Assembly: GCA_951406725.2 (NCBI GenBank)
Contig: OX597837.1
Span: 23,498,001 to 23,562,000 of the forward strand
Reading direction: 5' to 3'
DNA from: Octopus vulgaris
Taxonomy: Eukaryota
Length of the DNA stretch: 64,000 nt
Positions within the stretch are counted from its first letter, which is position 1; each line of letters starts with the position of its first letter. The position numbers and the translations under genes are program-made. The notes under the pieces were generated by a model. The model was not told where the DNA came from. It did no database searches and saw only the letters and a program-made list of their open reading frames with translations. This document shows, piece after piece, positions 44,542-58,070 of the stretch.

Positions 44542-44856
44542 ATATATATAGGAGCACTCAGTTGGTTACAACGATGAGCCCAGCTGATACGATCAACAGA
44601 ACAGCTTGCTCGTGAAATTAACATGCAAAGTGGCTGAGCACTCCAGACACGTGTACTTTCAACATAGTTCTCAGAGAGATCCAGTGTGACAAGGCTGGCC
44701 TTTTGAAATACAGGTACTACTCATTTTTGACAGTTGAGTGGAGCAATGTGAAATAAAGTGTCTTGCTCAAGGACACAATATGTCGCCAGGAATTGAACTC
44801 ATAACCTTACAATTGTGAGCCAAATACCATAACCCCTAAGCCACATGCCTTTACAC

Positions 44857-44995
<139 letters not shown>

Positions 44996-45397
44996 ATGTA
45001 AAAAGCACCATTTGAGCATCATCATTGCCAGTGCCACCTGACTGGCTCCTGTGCCAGTGGAATGTAAAAAAACAGCATTTGAGCATGGTCAAATCCGATA
45101 CCACCTGACTGGCTCTCATGCCAATGGCATGTAAAAAAGCACCCACTACACTCTTGGAGTGGTTGGTGTTAGGAAGAGCATCCAGCTGTAGAAACTTTGC
45201 CAGATCAGATTGGAGCCTGGTGCAGCCTTCTGCTCGCCATCCCTCAATCAAACCGTCCAACCCATGCCAGCATGGAATGCACACGTTAAGCGACGACGAC
45301 GACGACGATGATGATGATGATGATGATGATGATGACGACGACGACGACGACAACGACGACGATGATGCGGATGATGATGATGAGATGATGATGATAT

Positions 45398-47539
45398 ATC
45401 TTATATATCAATATATAAAAAATTCTTTGTCGGTGTGTCTATCTGTCTATCTGTTCCCTATGCATTCTTAAACAGCTTGACCAAATCAAGTCATATTTTA
45501 CAAGGTAATAGTATCAGACCCCATGCGTGTCAACATGTAATTGTTTTTTCATTTAGATTAAAACAATATAATATTGGCACTGGTTCAGTATTATATGCCA
45601 AAAGTGAAAGAGTAAGATCTATATTGTAAAGTGATATAATATTGTTTCACTTTTGTTCTTCCACTTTTAATTCTAATTTGATAACATTAAGATCATCTTA
45701 TTTCTATTATATTTATGAGACTTTCACAAGAACAGCAAACACATGCTGCAGCACATCAAATGGAGTCTCAAGACAGAAGTGAGGTGAGACTTCCCAGAGA
45801 TCAGCAAAGGTATGCTGCAGAACCAGGAGCCAGTCAGGTGGCACTGGCAATGATCATGCTCAAATGGTACTTTTTACATCTCGTCTGGCCCCCGTGCCGG
45901 TGGCACGTAAAAAGCACCATCCGATCGTGGCCGTTTGCCAGCCTCGTCTGGCACCTATGCAGGTGACACGTAAAAAGCACCCACTACACTCACGGAGTGG
46001 TTGGCGTTAGGAAGGGCATCCAGCTGTAGAAACACTGCCTGATCAGACTGGGCCTGGTGCAGCCTACTGACTTCCCAGATCCCAGTTGAACCGTCCAACC
46101 CATGCTAGCATGGAAAACGGACGTTAAACGATGATGATGATGATGATAATATATATATTTGTGTGTGTGTGTGTGTAAAGGCGTGTGGCTTAGTGGTTAG
46201 GGTATTTGGCTTACAATCATAAGGTTGTGAATTCAATTCCTGATGACATATTGTGTCCTTGAGCAAGACACTTTATTTCACATTGCTCCACTCAGCTGTC
46301 AATACACAAGAGAGATGAGACTTTCCCAAGATCAGTAAATGCACACCGCAGCATATCAAATGGAGTCTCAAGACAGAAGCGAGATGAGATTTTCTCAAGA
46401 TTAGCAAGGGCATGCTGCAGGACGTCAAATGGAGTCATAAGAGTGAAGGGAGATGAGACGTTCTCATGATCAGCAAAAGTGTGCTGCAGTGCATCAAATG
46501 GGGTCGCAAGACAGAAGTGAGACAAGGCTTTCTCAAGATCAGCAAGGGCATGCTGCAGCACGTCAAAAGGAGTTCCAATACAGATGGGAGATGAAATCTT
46601 CCCAATATCAGCAAATGCTTACAGCAGCACATCAAATGGAGTCTCAAGACAGAAGGAATATGAGACTTTCCTAAGATCAGCAAATGCATGCTGCAGCACA
46701 TCAAATGGAGTCTGATCCCAAGATCAGCAAAGGTTTGCTGCAGCACTTAAAGCTCTCAGATACAGACCACGTACAAATTCCTTCTTCACACCTGGAGATG
46801 CTTTCAGATATGATCCATCCCATTTTTATAAAAATGATAATTTTGTTCAAACTGGTGTGATAAACTCAAATTATTGTTTCTGCAAAGCTTTAAAATTTCC
46901 AAATGAAACTAATGGCATGTGCTGCTCTTGTGGTAAGGTATGATTGCCAAAACTTCCAGCACCTCCTCAACCTCTTATGGGTCTTCTGAAAGGCACTTCC
47001 ATCCAGTCAAAGGATTTTCTGAACAATATCAGACTACAACTCGGCATTTCAAATTACATCGTTTGGTGCATCTAAGGAGATAGATAAACATGAATTTAGA
47101 CTGACGTCAAAGTTCAAGGGCAAGTCTATTACATCATTGGTTCCCTGTTACCCACAAATGAACAACTGCAGTTCCTCTAGATTTACTTTATGAGTGATGT
47201 AGGACAACAAACCCAAAGGAAGTGTCAAAACTTCAGACAATAGGTCAGGTTAGATGCAGCACAGACCACCACAAAGAAGAGTATAACCACTGACAGTTTC
47301 TCAGTGTGTTCAAAAATCACATAACCACCACCCCCAATTTTCCATGACAGGTTGGAGCCTGGAATACCCCAAACAGATGTATGACATGTCACTTAGTCGA
47401 ATTAGCCCATAAATATACTTCACAAATGTTTTGTTGTCAATGATGCATTTTCCCATATCACCTGTTTCAACATAACTGTATTATATTATATACAAACTAT
47501 GCCATTTTAATCCTGAGCAACTCTGGGTATCTCTGCTAG
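45398..47539 (+). mobile_element. Decayed, internally deleted Helitron with nested family C and D insertions
   Basis: 5' end tc..atatataaaa plus (TCTG/TCTA) tract; ~66-bp coding repeats (RLSQDQQRHAAA..MESQDRSE); KFPNETNGMCCSCGKV*LP, FLNNIR/YNSAFQITSFG and KVQGQVYYIIGSLLP match the N-terminal RepHel region; 3' hairpin cctgagcaactctggg and CTAG|t at 47536-47540. Confidence 0.88.
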
Positions 47540-47541
47540 TG

Positions 47542-47591
<50 letters not shown>

Positions 47592-47733
47592 ATAAATAAT
47601 AATAGGGTATAAGAAATTATTATTACCAGTGGCCTAGCACTAATTTTCATTCCTTTCAAAAATTTATCCTTATTTGGTGGTTTTGAGTTTTCTACTGATC
47701 TTTCTAGCACAAGGTTTTCCTATGTATATACAT

Positions 47734-47827
<94 letters not shown>

Positions 47828-47850
47828 ATATATATATATACATACATACA

Positions 47851-47914
<64 letters not shown>

Positions 47915-49314
47915 TTCACACACACGCACATCATTCATCCACAGCATTTGGTGAATATATTCCTAAGGGTGAGTACGTCTAGGTTTCATCACTATTTCAA
48001 TGTGGTATTTTTTTTTGCAATAATCTTCAGTTACATTTTGAGATAAAATAATTGAAATTTGGTTCATTAAAAAAATGTATGTCAAAATTGAGAGATCATA
48101 TGTACTCATAAGGCAACAAATTGACTTTGAATCAAAATATCTGCCATTTTAAAAGAAAATTATAAACTAACTAGGTTTAAAAGAATGCACTCATTGAAAA
48201 GAATCATAAAAAGTAGTGTTGCTTTAAGTGACGAAAGGAATAAGTAACCCCCAAAATTGACTTTGAATCAGAATATCTCAGCTATTGTAAAAGGAAACTA
48301 TACAATAATTGTGTTCAAATGAAAGGGCTCTATGTGATAAATCTTATGGTGAAAACCCCGTCAAAAAATGTTAGCTACAAAAATCGTGGTGTGGTCTTAA
48401 GAGATGCAAATAATTGATCAGTTTAACAAATCAAAATATTTTTCTTATTTTAAGACATTTAGCATTGTAAAAGATGGTATCTGATGTTATGGGTCACTTA
48501 GCCCATTGGCACAGAGTACATAACTGGAGTTTGAGACGTAGGGGGTTTCAAAACTTTATAGCAGCTTGTTGACTACTTATTTTCTAAGGATATTTAGCCA
48601 ATCTTCTAAGCTGTGTTCACAGCTATTCTGCATTCAAAGTTTACTTCAGATAAAAGACCTCTATATGAAGAATCTTATGGTGAAAACCTTATAAAAAAAA
48701 TATTTGCTACAAAAACAAGTTGTGTGGCTTTAAGTGACAAAAAGGTGATAATTTTAAGAAATCAAAATATTTTTGTCTTTTTTAAAGAAAAATATTATTT
48801 GAACTCAAGTGAAAGAGTTCAAGACAAATATTTTAGGAAAAGGCCTGTCTAAAATCTTTAAGCATAAAAAATTTATGATTTTTTTGTAATTTCTTATTAA
48901 TTTTATTATTCTGTTTATGTATCAAAATATATTCATATTAAAGACAGATTAAAATAAAAAATTTCACTCATTAAAAAACTAATTATTAATTACTTAATTA
49001 GAATAAAACATTATTTCATAATAAAAAGTGTTTAAAAATATATTTATTAGTAACAGATATGTGGTTATTAAACCTTTGTTACTTATATGTGCAGAAAATA
49101 TTTTGTATGTTTGAACAAAACCTGTATTTAAAAATTATTTACAAAAGTATTATTTTTTTCAATTATGAAAGTAAATATAATCAGTTATAATAATAGAAGT
49201 GTTGCCCGGAAAAAAAAAGCGAGGCGAGGATGAAAAATGTAGATGCAGAATCCTAGAATATTTTTAGGTATTGATCCGTCCAACCCATGCTAGCATGGAA
49301 AACGGATGCTAAAC

Positions 49315-49348
<34 letters not shown>

Positions 49349-50131
49349 CTGAAAATGTACAGAATAAGCAATAATTAAGCCTGGAAATGTACAGGACAGG
49401 AATAGAAAATCTCAGAATATTGCTACTGAAGTTAGAAGTAAAATAGTAAGAAATACCCTTTTATATATATTTTTATATTTGCTTAAAAGTTTAAATTAAA
49501 ATACTCAAGAAGGTATTTATTTTCAATTTTAGTGAAGAGATTAATTGCCTCCAGGTTTGCTCATTAAAAATTTGATATTACAAATTTATGTATTTAAAAA
49601 ATCACTTAATAGCAATTTAAGCAAAAGTGACAATTATAACTCCTAAGATTTTTAAAAATAAGATAAAGTCATTTTTATATTTTGCGCTCAATTTTTTCAT
49701 TAGCTTTCATTTTTGTAAAAACATTCTTCTAACTGAAAATGAAAAATACTTTGCTATCTGATACTGCAAACTTGAGAAATTCTGTGCTCTTGAGCAAGGT
49801 GCTCTACTTCCCTTTGCTGCAGTCCACTCAGCTGGCAAATGTGAGTTGTAGCTGTAATACAAAGGGGCCAGCCTTGTCGCATTCTTTGTAAGGCTGAATC
49901 TCCCTGAGAACTACATTATGGTATGCATGTCTGTGGAGTACTCAGCCACTTGCGTATTAATTTCATATTCAGTCACCACTCACCCTCTCTCTGATTCTCT
50001 CTCTGTCCCTCCTCTCTCTCACTTTACCATTCATTTCAAGAATACCTCCTCTGCTTAACATCTTTTATTTTTCTTTCCACCTCTCCCTTCAACTATAGAA
50101 AAGTAACAGTAACATCCACAGGTATTTGCTG

Positions 50132-50162
<31 letters not shown>

Positions 50163-50258
50163 GTGAGAGAGAAACAGAGGGAGAGAGAGAGAGGCAGACA
50201 GACGGAATAACTGTCAGACAGACAGACATACAAATAGATAGATAGATAGATAGATAGA

Positions 50259-50552
50259 TGTTTGTTCCTTCTCGAGCCACTCCTGGCTCATAGGGCCGGT
50301 TTTCCAGTTTCCTTGGCGTATAGGTTTCCCATCTGCTTGGTCCATTGCAGGTGAGCTGCAAGATGCAGAAGGAAAGAGTTAGAAAAAGTTGTGGCGAAAG
50401 AGTCAGCAGAAGTTCGCCCCTACCTTCTGCCGGAGCCGCATGGAGCTTAGGTGTTTCGCTCATAAACATACACATCGCCCAGTCTGAGATTTGAACCTGC
50501 GATCCCTCTACCGCGAGTCCGCTGCTCTAACCACTAGACCATATGCCTCCAC
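50259..50552 (-). mobile_element. tRNA-derived SINE family F
   Basis: Minus head tgtggaggcatatggtctagtggttagagcagcggactcgcggtagagggatcgcaggttcaaatc; flanked by (GATA)n. Related copies at 52604-52872 (+), ~19405-19625 (+) and ~20840-21217 (-). Confidence 0.8.
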
Positions 50553-50657
<105 letters not shown>

Positions 50658-50676
50658 GAGAGGCAATATTTCTTTT

Positions 50677-51042
50677 ATGTGCATCTCTGATCACGAGCAG
50701 AAGTAGTGCAAGAGCATCGTAGCCATGTGTTGTGAGGGATTCTTTGAGGTTTGAATAATTCACCTCTGGAAACATGGATGTTTCGTTCAACATCCTTAAA
50801 CAACCCTTATTCAAGGACCTTTTGAGTGGGATGGGTTACTCGACCAGAAGAAAATTCTAACTGGTTCCCAGCTGCAAGGTCATGTGCTGTTTATCTTGAT
50901 ATGAGATCACCATGTCGCACACATATGGTTGTGATGCATGTGCCTAGTGTACCCTTATCAAACGGGTAGTCATGATGGGTATGTTGGGCTTCGTATATTT
51001 TACCCCAGTGTCACTTTGATGGCACGCACTGCTCTCTCACTC
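50677..51042 (+). mobile_element. Family E element, 5'-truncated
   Basis: Reverse complement of the 25860/32562 copies; keeps the ctctcactc(aat)n end. Confidence 0.85.
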
Positions 51043-51082
<40 letters not shown>

Positions 51083-51600
51083 GTAATAGTAATGATAATA
51101 TAACACAAAGATGGAAGTTAACTGGCTTTAACAGTGGATAATGACATATATTTCTACACTCCACATCGATTTCAAGTTGCTGGGTTCGTATTCATTTAGC
51201 ATTATGTAAGATTATTCTTAATAATTGCCCGATGAAGCATCCACAAGACAGCTGTTGTTGAACGATATTCGAATGCATAGTAATTATTAAGAGTAATCTT
51301 ACATAATACTATATGAATATGAACCTGACAACTTGAAGCTGATTTGGGGTGCAGAAACATATGTCATAAATCTCTATCAAAGCTTGTTGACTTCCATCCT
51401 TGAGTTATATCATTATTATTGTTATAGTTATCAACATCATCATCATCATCATCATCATCATTATCATTATTATTCTGCCATAGTCAGCTTTGCCTTTCAT
51501 CCTTTTAGGGTTGATAAATTAAGTACCAGTGAAACACTGGGGTTGATATAATTGACTTACCACATCCCGCCAAATTTCAGAACTTATGCTGGATTATTAC

Positions 51601-51691
<91 letters not shown>

Positions 51692-51699
51692 TTTAGTAG

Positions 51700-51736
<37 letters not shown>

Positions 51737-51738
51737 TT

Positions 51739-51791
<53 letters not shown>

Positions 51792-52020
51792 AGGCGTCGA
51801 GCTGGCAGAATCGTTAGCATGCTGGATGAAATGCTTAGCTGTATTTCACCTGTTGCTACATTATGAGTTGAAATTCTGCCGAGGTTGACTTTGCCTTTCA
51901 TCCTTTCAGGGTCGATAAAATAAATACCATTTGAAGACTGGGGTCGATGTAATTGACTCCTCCACACCTCCCCCAAACACCCCTTGTGGAAAAAATTTGA
52001 AATTACTATTATTAGTAGCA

Positions 52021-52541
52021 CCGTAAATCCTCGAGTATAGTCCGCCCTTGAGTATAATACGCAGGGGATTTTTAGGGGACCGTACCTCTGAAAAACCTAA
52101 ACCTTATGTATAATACGCACCCCTTCTCTAACTTGAGTCATGCGTAATTAAATCAGTAGCACCTAGTTGAACAAACACTTCCGCGCATGCGTAATACAAT
52201 AATGGGGATGTTCTTAACTGTTATATGGGAATGTAAATATGTTTGCAAATTGTTTTTGTTATATGTTATTATGTGTTCTGAATACTTTTATTTTAATAAA
52301 TGTTGCGTACTGCAAGTTATGAATGATTCTTTTATGACTTCATTGCTTTTAGGCTTAGCTTAAGGTATTTTCGCACCCGGCATCACAAAATGCATCTGAA
52401 TAAACATTGCCAGACAGCAAATAGAGACTCGGACATTGCTTAGAAAATATTTTTCATTTTTAACTTCGTATATAATATGCACTCGAGATTTTGACCTTTA
52501 AATTTTGGGAAAAAATGCAGATTATACTCAAGGATTTACGG
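52021..52541. mobile_element. pogo/Tc2-like MITE
   Basis: TIRs ccgtaaatcctcgagtata / tatactcaaggatttacgg; TA on the right, CA on the left; subterminal repeat of gagtataatacgca. A related right end lies at ~34420-34537. Confidence 0.8.
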
Positions 52542-52562
52542 TAGTATATATATATATATATA

Positions 52563-52605
<43 letters not shown>

Positions 52606-53332
52606 ACTCGCGGTTGTAGGATCGCGGTTTCAATTGCCAAACTGGGCGTTGTGAGTGTTTATTGAGCGAAAACACCTAAAGCTCCACGAGGCTCCATCAG
52701 AGGGTGGTGGTGATCCCTGCTGTACTCTTTCGCCACAACTTTCTCTCACTCTTTCTTCTGTTGGCCTGCTCTCTTAACCAGCAGGGTGGTGTCATTTGAA
52801 GGCTAAAACAATGTGAAGCGCATTGTGACCAGCAATGTGTAGCAACATCTGATAGCCTGATCGGTCACGGTGATATATATATCTTTGTGTGTGTGTGTGT
52901 ATATAAGCATTGGCATAGCTGTATAGTAAGAAGCTTGCTGCCCAACCACATGGTTCTAGGTTCAGTCCCACTGCATGACACCTAGAACAAGTAGTATCTT
53001 CTACAATAACCTTAGGCTGACGAAAGCCTGGTGAGTGGATTTGGTAGATAGAAACTGAAATAAGCCTATCATATGTTTGTATATATCTGTATGTGTGTGC
53101 GTCTTTGTGTCTGTATTTATCGCCACCACCATTTGACAACCGATGCTGTGTGTTTATGTCTCTGTAACTTAGCAGTTCGACAAAGAGACTGATAGAATAA
53201 GTGCCAAGCTTAAAAGAAAAGGAGGGAAAAAAAGTACCAGGATTGATTCACTTGACTAAAAATTTTAAAATACTTCAAGCATGGCCACAGTCTAATGACT
53301 GTAAGAAATAAAAGATAAAAATAAATATAATA

Positions 53333-53898
53333 TTGGGTTGTCCAGAAAGTTCGTGCTGATTTATAGTAGCTTACATTTCGACTTATTTTAGAACATGGTT
53401 GAGTCCATAAAATAGGATTTGACATCACCTCCATTTAGAACACAGTTTAAGCTATCTTTTTGTGGAAGAAGGTTTATGTTCCTATAACCTGTGTTAATTC
53501 TGTAACCCTTTAAAATGGAAGATAAGAAAGTTCATTTTCAGCACTTGATGCTTTGGGAACCAGACAAAAATTGCTGCTGCTCAGCTGGGATGTGTTATGC
53601 CACCCTCCATATTCACCAGATAGTGCTCCTTTGGATTTCCACTTATTCAGGTCTCTGCAGAATAGTCTTAATGGTAAAGATTTCAATTCCTTGGATGACG
53701 TAAAAAGATACCTTGATGAATTCTTTGCCATGAAACCACATCAATTCTGGGAAGAGGGTATTTTCAAGTTAAAGGAAAGATGGAGATGCATTGTTCAACA
53801 AAATGGTTCATATTTGGTTGATTAAAAATGTAATGGCAAGTATTTCTTGACCTTTTTCTTTCCTTTAAAAATCGGCACGAACTTTCCGGAAAACCCAA
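53333..53898 (+). mobile_element. Internally deleted mariner element (transposase pseudogene)
   Basis: TA|ttgggttgtccagaaagttcgtgctgattt ... aaatcggcacgaactttccggaaaacccaa|TA. Remnant N-terminus MEDKKVHFQHLMLW joined to WDVLCHPPYSPDSAPLDFHLFRSLQNSL...WEEGIFKLKERW (mariner YSPDLAPSD motif). Confidence 0.93.
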
Positions 53899-54526
53899 TA
53901 GAAGCTATGATCAAAAAATACTTGCCAAAGGTGACATGCAATGGGATTGAACCAAAGACCATATGATTGCAAAGCAAACTTCTTAAGCTCACAGTCATAC
54001 AGTATTTAGTTATAGTTCTTTATGTACCGAGTCCAAAATCCTGCTGGGGTCAACTTTGCCTTTTATCTTTCTAGGATCAATGAAATAAAACATAGTCAAG
54101 TAGTGGAATGAATTTAATATTCTTCCTATAAAGCATTCTAGATATAAATGCAATTATAATTGAATTCTAACATTTCTCACGTTTTTGACGAGAGCAACAT
54201 AAAACTATGGCATTTATTTATTCATTTATTTACCAAATTGTCTATGGAATTATACATTTTTTTTTTCTTTCAATCTACATTTTCGAAACAATGCTTCATA
54301 ATATTCCAAAGACTAATAGATTTTTTTTTTTTTTTTGCAATAGATTGTTAGGTCAAATTATTTCATACAACTTGTTTGAGGAGGAAAAAAAAATGTGGAA
54401 CAATGGAGGGACATGACAGAAGAAAGAAAAAAACCTCATCAACTTAAGTTTAACACATTATTCAACTCAAAGTTGGAAATTTATAGGAAAAAAAATTACC
54501 AAACCAAACCAAACCAAAGAGAAAAT

Positions 54527-54592
<66 letters not shown>

Positions 54593-54863
54593 ACATACAG
54601 AGAAAACAAAAACAAGCCAAGATCTGACATTTTCAATCAAATGCAACCCATTTAAACTGGTAGCTGAATAATTAATTCCTCCATGCAGCTTGACAACCAA
54701 ACTTTAATGTAATTTGTAGAGATTCTCTATACTTCCATGTCACTGATAGTCAGATAAGATTCTTTTGAAAAATCCCAATGCTTTGGAGATTTCTACTAAA
54801 ATAAGAATTGCGTGTTTCAATGATACATACATATACATAAATATATACATATATATATACACA

Positions 54864-54897
<34 letters not shown>

Positions 54898-54906
54898 CAT
54901 ATATAC

Positions 54907-54953
<47 letters not shown>

Positions 54954-54971
54954 CATTTATATATACATATA

Positions 54972-55012
<41 letters not shown>

Positions 55013-55288
55013 ATATGTATATATATATAATATCATTAATAATAGAGATTATGGAGCATTGGAAGAATTCACTGAGTGACTAGCAACAAATTGTAGTCAC
55101 AGACATTGAATACTGATTGTTGTGGTAAGCCGTTAACTGGAACATAACTGGAACTAATACAGCATCCATCTGGATAATATATCCCTCCAAACTCACTTAT
55201 ATATATATGTGTGTGTGTGTATGTATATATATATATGTATATATGGATATATATATATGTATATGTGTATGTATATATATATGTATAT

Positions 55289-55489
55289 ATCATCATCATC
55301 ATCATCATCATCGTTTAATGTCCATTTTCCGTGCTGGCATGGGTTGGACGGTTCAACTGGGGTCTGGGAAGCCCGAAGGCTGCACCAGGCTCCAGTCTGA
55401 TCTGGCAATGTTTCTACAGCTGGATGCCCTTCCTAACGCCAACCACTCCGTGGGTGTAGTGGGTGCTTTTTACGTGCCACCTGCACAGT
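55289..55489 (-). mobile_element. 5'-truncated family C element fused to U6
   Basis: Same sequence as 3281-3470; (GAT)n tail at the 55289 end. Confidence 0.88.
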
Positions 55490-55597
55490 AAAAAATATGG
55501 AACGCTTCACGAATTTGCATATTATCCTTGCACAGGGGCCATGCTAATCTTCTCTGTATCACTCTAATTTTAGAATATGTACCGCTGTAGCTAGTAG
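55490..55597 (-). pseudogene. U6: Full-length U6 snRNA copy (probable retropseudogene)
   Basis: Reverse complement reads tactagctacagcggtacatattctaaaattagagtgatACAGAGAagattAGCatggcccctgtgcaaggataatatgcaaattcgtgaagcgttccatatttttt. ACAGAGA box, AGC triad and 3' end are intact, with scattered substitutions; upstream is (TA)n, with no recognisable promoter. Confidence 0.95.
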
Positions 55598-55676
55598 CTA
55601 TATATATATATATATTTTAGAATATGTACTGCCGTAGCCGTATATATATATATATATATTATATATATATATACAT

Positions 55677-55762
<86 letters not shown>

Positions 55763-56830
55763 CACACACACACACATATTTATATATATATACATATACA
55801 TATATATATGTATGTATGTATGTATATATGTATGTATGTGTGCATGTATGTATGTATGTTTGTAGAGGCAATTATGCAGATAAATGAATTAGATATATTA
55901 AATGTAATATAATAGTTTGGCCAGGAAACATAAAATATGTATATATGTATATATGAAAAACGAGAGAAAGCAGAAGATGAAGAATTTCAGACAATGGACA
56001 TTTTAAGTACCAATATTATATTTAACCCACATAATGTGTCTATATCCGCTCAACTTGATCCCTCAAATAGAACTTTCTTTACCCTGTGGAATCAATCCCC
56101 TGTAAAGAATTCGGAATCTAAGTTTGAATCTTTTTGAGTATTACTATGTGTCTTCTATATGGAAAATCTCTGGATCAAATCTGTGGACTATATATGTGTG
56201 CGTGTGTGTGTGTGTGTATACGTGTGAGTGTGTGTGTATCAGTGTATAAATATATTGTAACTAACTTAAAGTTCATTTGTTCTTCATCACTGCTTGGTGC
56301 TGAAGCTGATATTTTCATTCCCACCAGGTGGTCCATCACTGATGTTGACTGTTTTTAGATAAAGCTACGGCTTCAAATCTGCCAAGGGTTATCTCTCTTC
56401 AATATTCCCCATTGAGGAAGGCTAAAGAGTCAGAAATACACGTCTGGGAATACGCTCTTATGTTGAGTTAAATAAATGCACGAGTGTCTTTTCATACAGG
56501 TATGTCCCCTGCATCCCTCTTCAGATGAGCATTCCTAATCTTGTGGGTTTGTGGTTAGGGGTGTCATGTGAAAAGTACTTGTAATGCCGCCACATAAAAA
56601 GCACCCATGCTGATGCTACATAGAAAATACCCGGTACTCTCCATAAAGTGGTTGGCATCAGGAAGGGTATCCATCTGTAGAAACCATGCCAAAGCAGACA
56701 TGGAGACTGGACAACTCTCCAGCCGACCAGCTTCTGTCAAACCATCCATCTCATGCCAGAATGGAAAACAGGCATTAAATGATGACGATGATGATGATGA
56801 CATATATATATATATATATGTATGTATGTA

Positions 56831-56883
<53 letters not shown>

Positions 56884-57660
56884 GTATATGTATATATGTA
56901 TACAAATAAGGATTTTGAATCTGGGCTGGTACCTAACAAGCACTCTAGTGCAATCCAGGTTCTGGCTAACCCCATCAAAAGATATGGGACAATAAGAAAT
57001 TGTTTAAGGTAAACAATGACATATTTTACCCTGATGTGTAAATCTTAAATTTGCTTCTTTGATTTTTATACAGTACATAGAGTGTATATTTAAGGCATTA
57101 AAAATAAGAATGGAGAATTATACATCCTGTTGGACAGAGATTCAGAGCGAATATATTGTATATATGAAAGTATAATAAGCAGGCTTTTGAAGATTGTTAT
57201 TTTTATTTCATGTGTGTGTGTGTGGTGCCACATAAAAAGCACTTGTGCTGGTGCCACACTAAAAGTACAGCTGTTGGTGCTAGTGTAAAAAGCACCCAGT
57301 ACATTCTTGAAAAAAGGGGTTGGTATTAGGAAGGGTATCCAACAGTAGAAACCATGCCAAAAGCAGACAATGCAACCCATGGCCTTACCAGCTGCTGTCA
57401 AATAGTCCAACCTATGCCAGCATAGAAAGCAGATGTTAAATGATGACGATGATGATGATGATGAGGAGGAGGAGGAGGAGGAGGAGGATGGTGTTGTTGG
57501 TGATGATGATGGTGTTGATGATGATGGTGTTGATGATGATGATGATGATGATATATCTGGGTGCTTTTTACATGGCACCAGCATCAGCACCTGTACTTTT
57601 TATGTGGCACCAGCACAAGTGCTTTCTATGTGGAACCACACACACACATACACACACACA

Positions 57661-57724
<64 letters not shown>

Positions 57725-57995
57725 AATCTTCAAAAGCCTGTTTATTACATTATTATACACAATGTATCCATTCTAAATCTCAGCCTAACAGGATGCATAA
57801 TTCCCCATTCTTATTTTTAATAGGTGCAGGAGTGGCTGTGTGGTAAGTAGCTTGCTTACCAACCACATGGTTCTGGGTTCAGTCCCATTGTGAGACACCT
57901 TGGGCAAGTGTCTTCTGCTATAGCCTCTGGTCAACCACAGCCTTGTGAGTGGATCTGGTAGACGGAAACTGAAAGAACTCCATCATATATATATG

Positions 57996-58070
<75 letters not shown>

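Noticed and set aside
55490-55597. Functional U6 gene
   Set aside because: There are substitutions in the 5' stem and internal stem-loop, upstream DNA is microsatellite with no PSE/TATA context, and it is fused to a retroelement tail.
57821-57900. tRNA genes at SINE heads
   Set aside because: A/B-box-like motifs run straight into multi-copy SINE bodies; no complete cloverleaf or terminator is seen.
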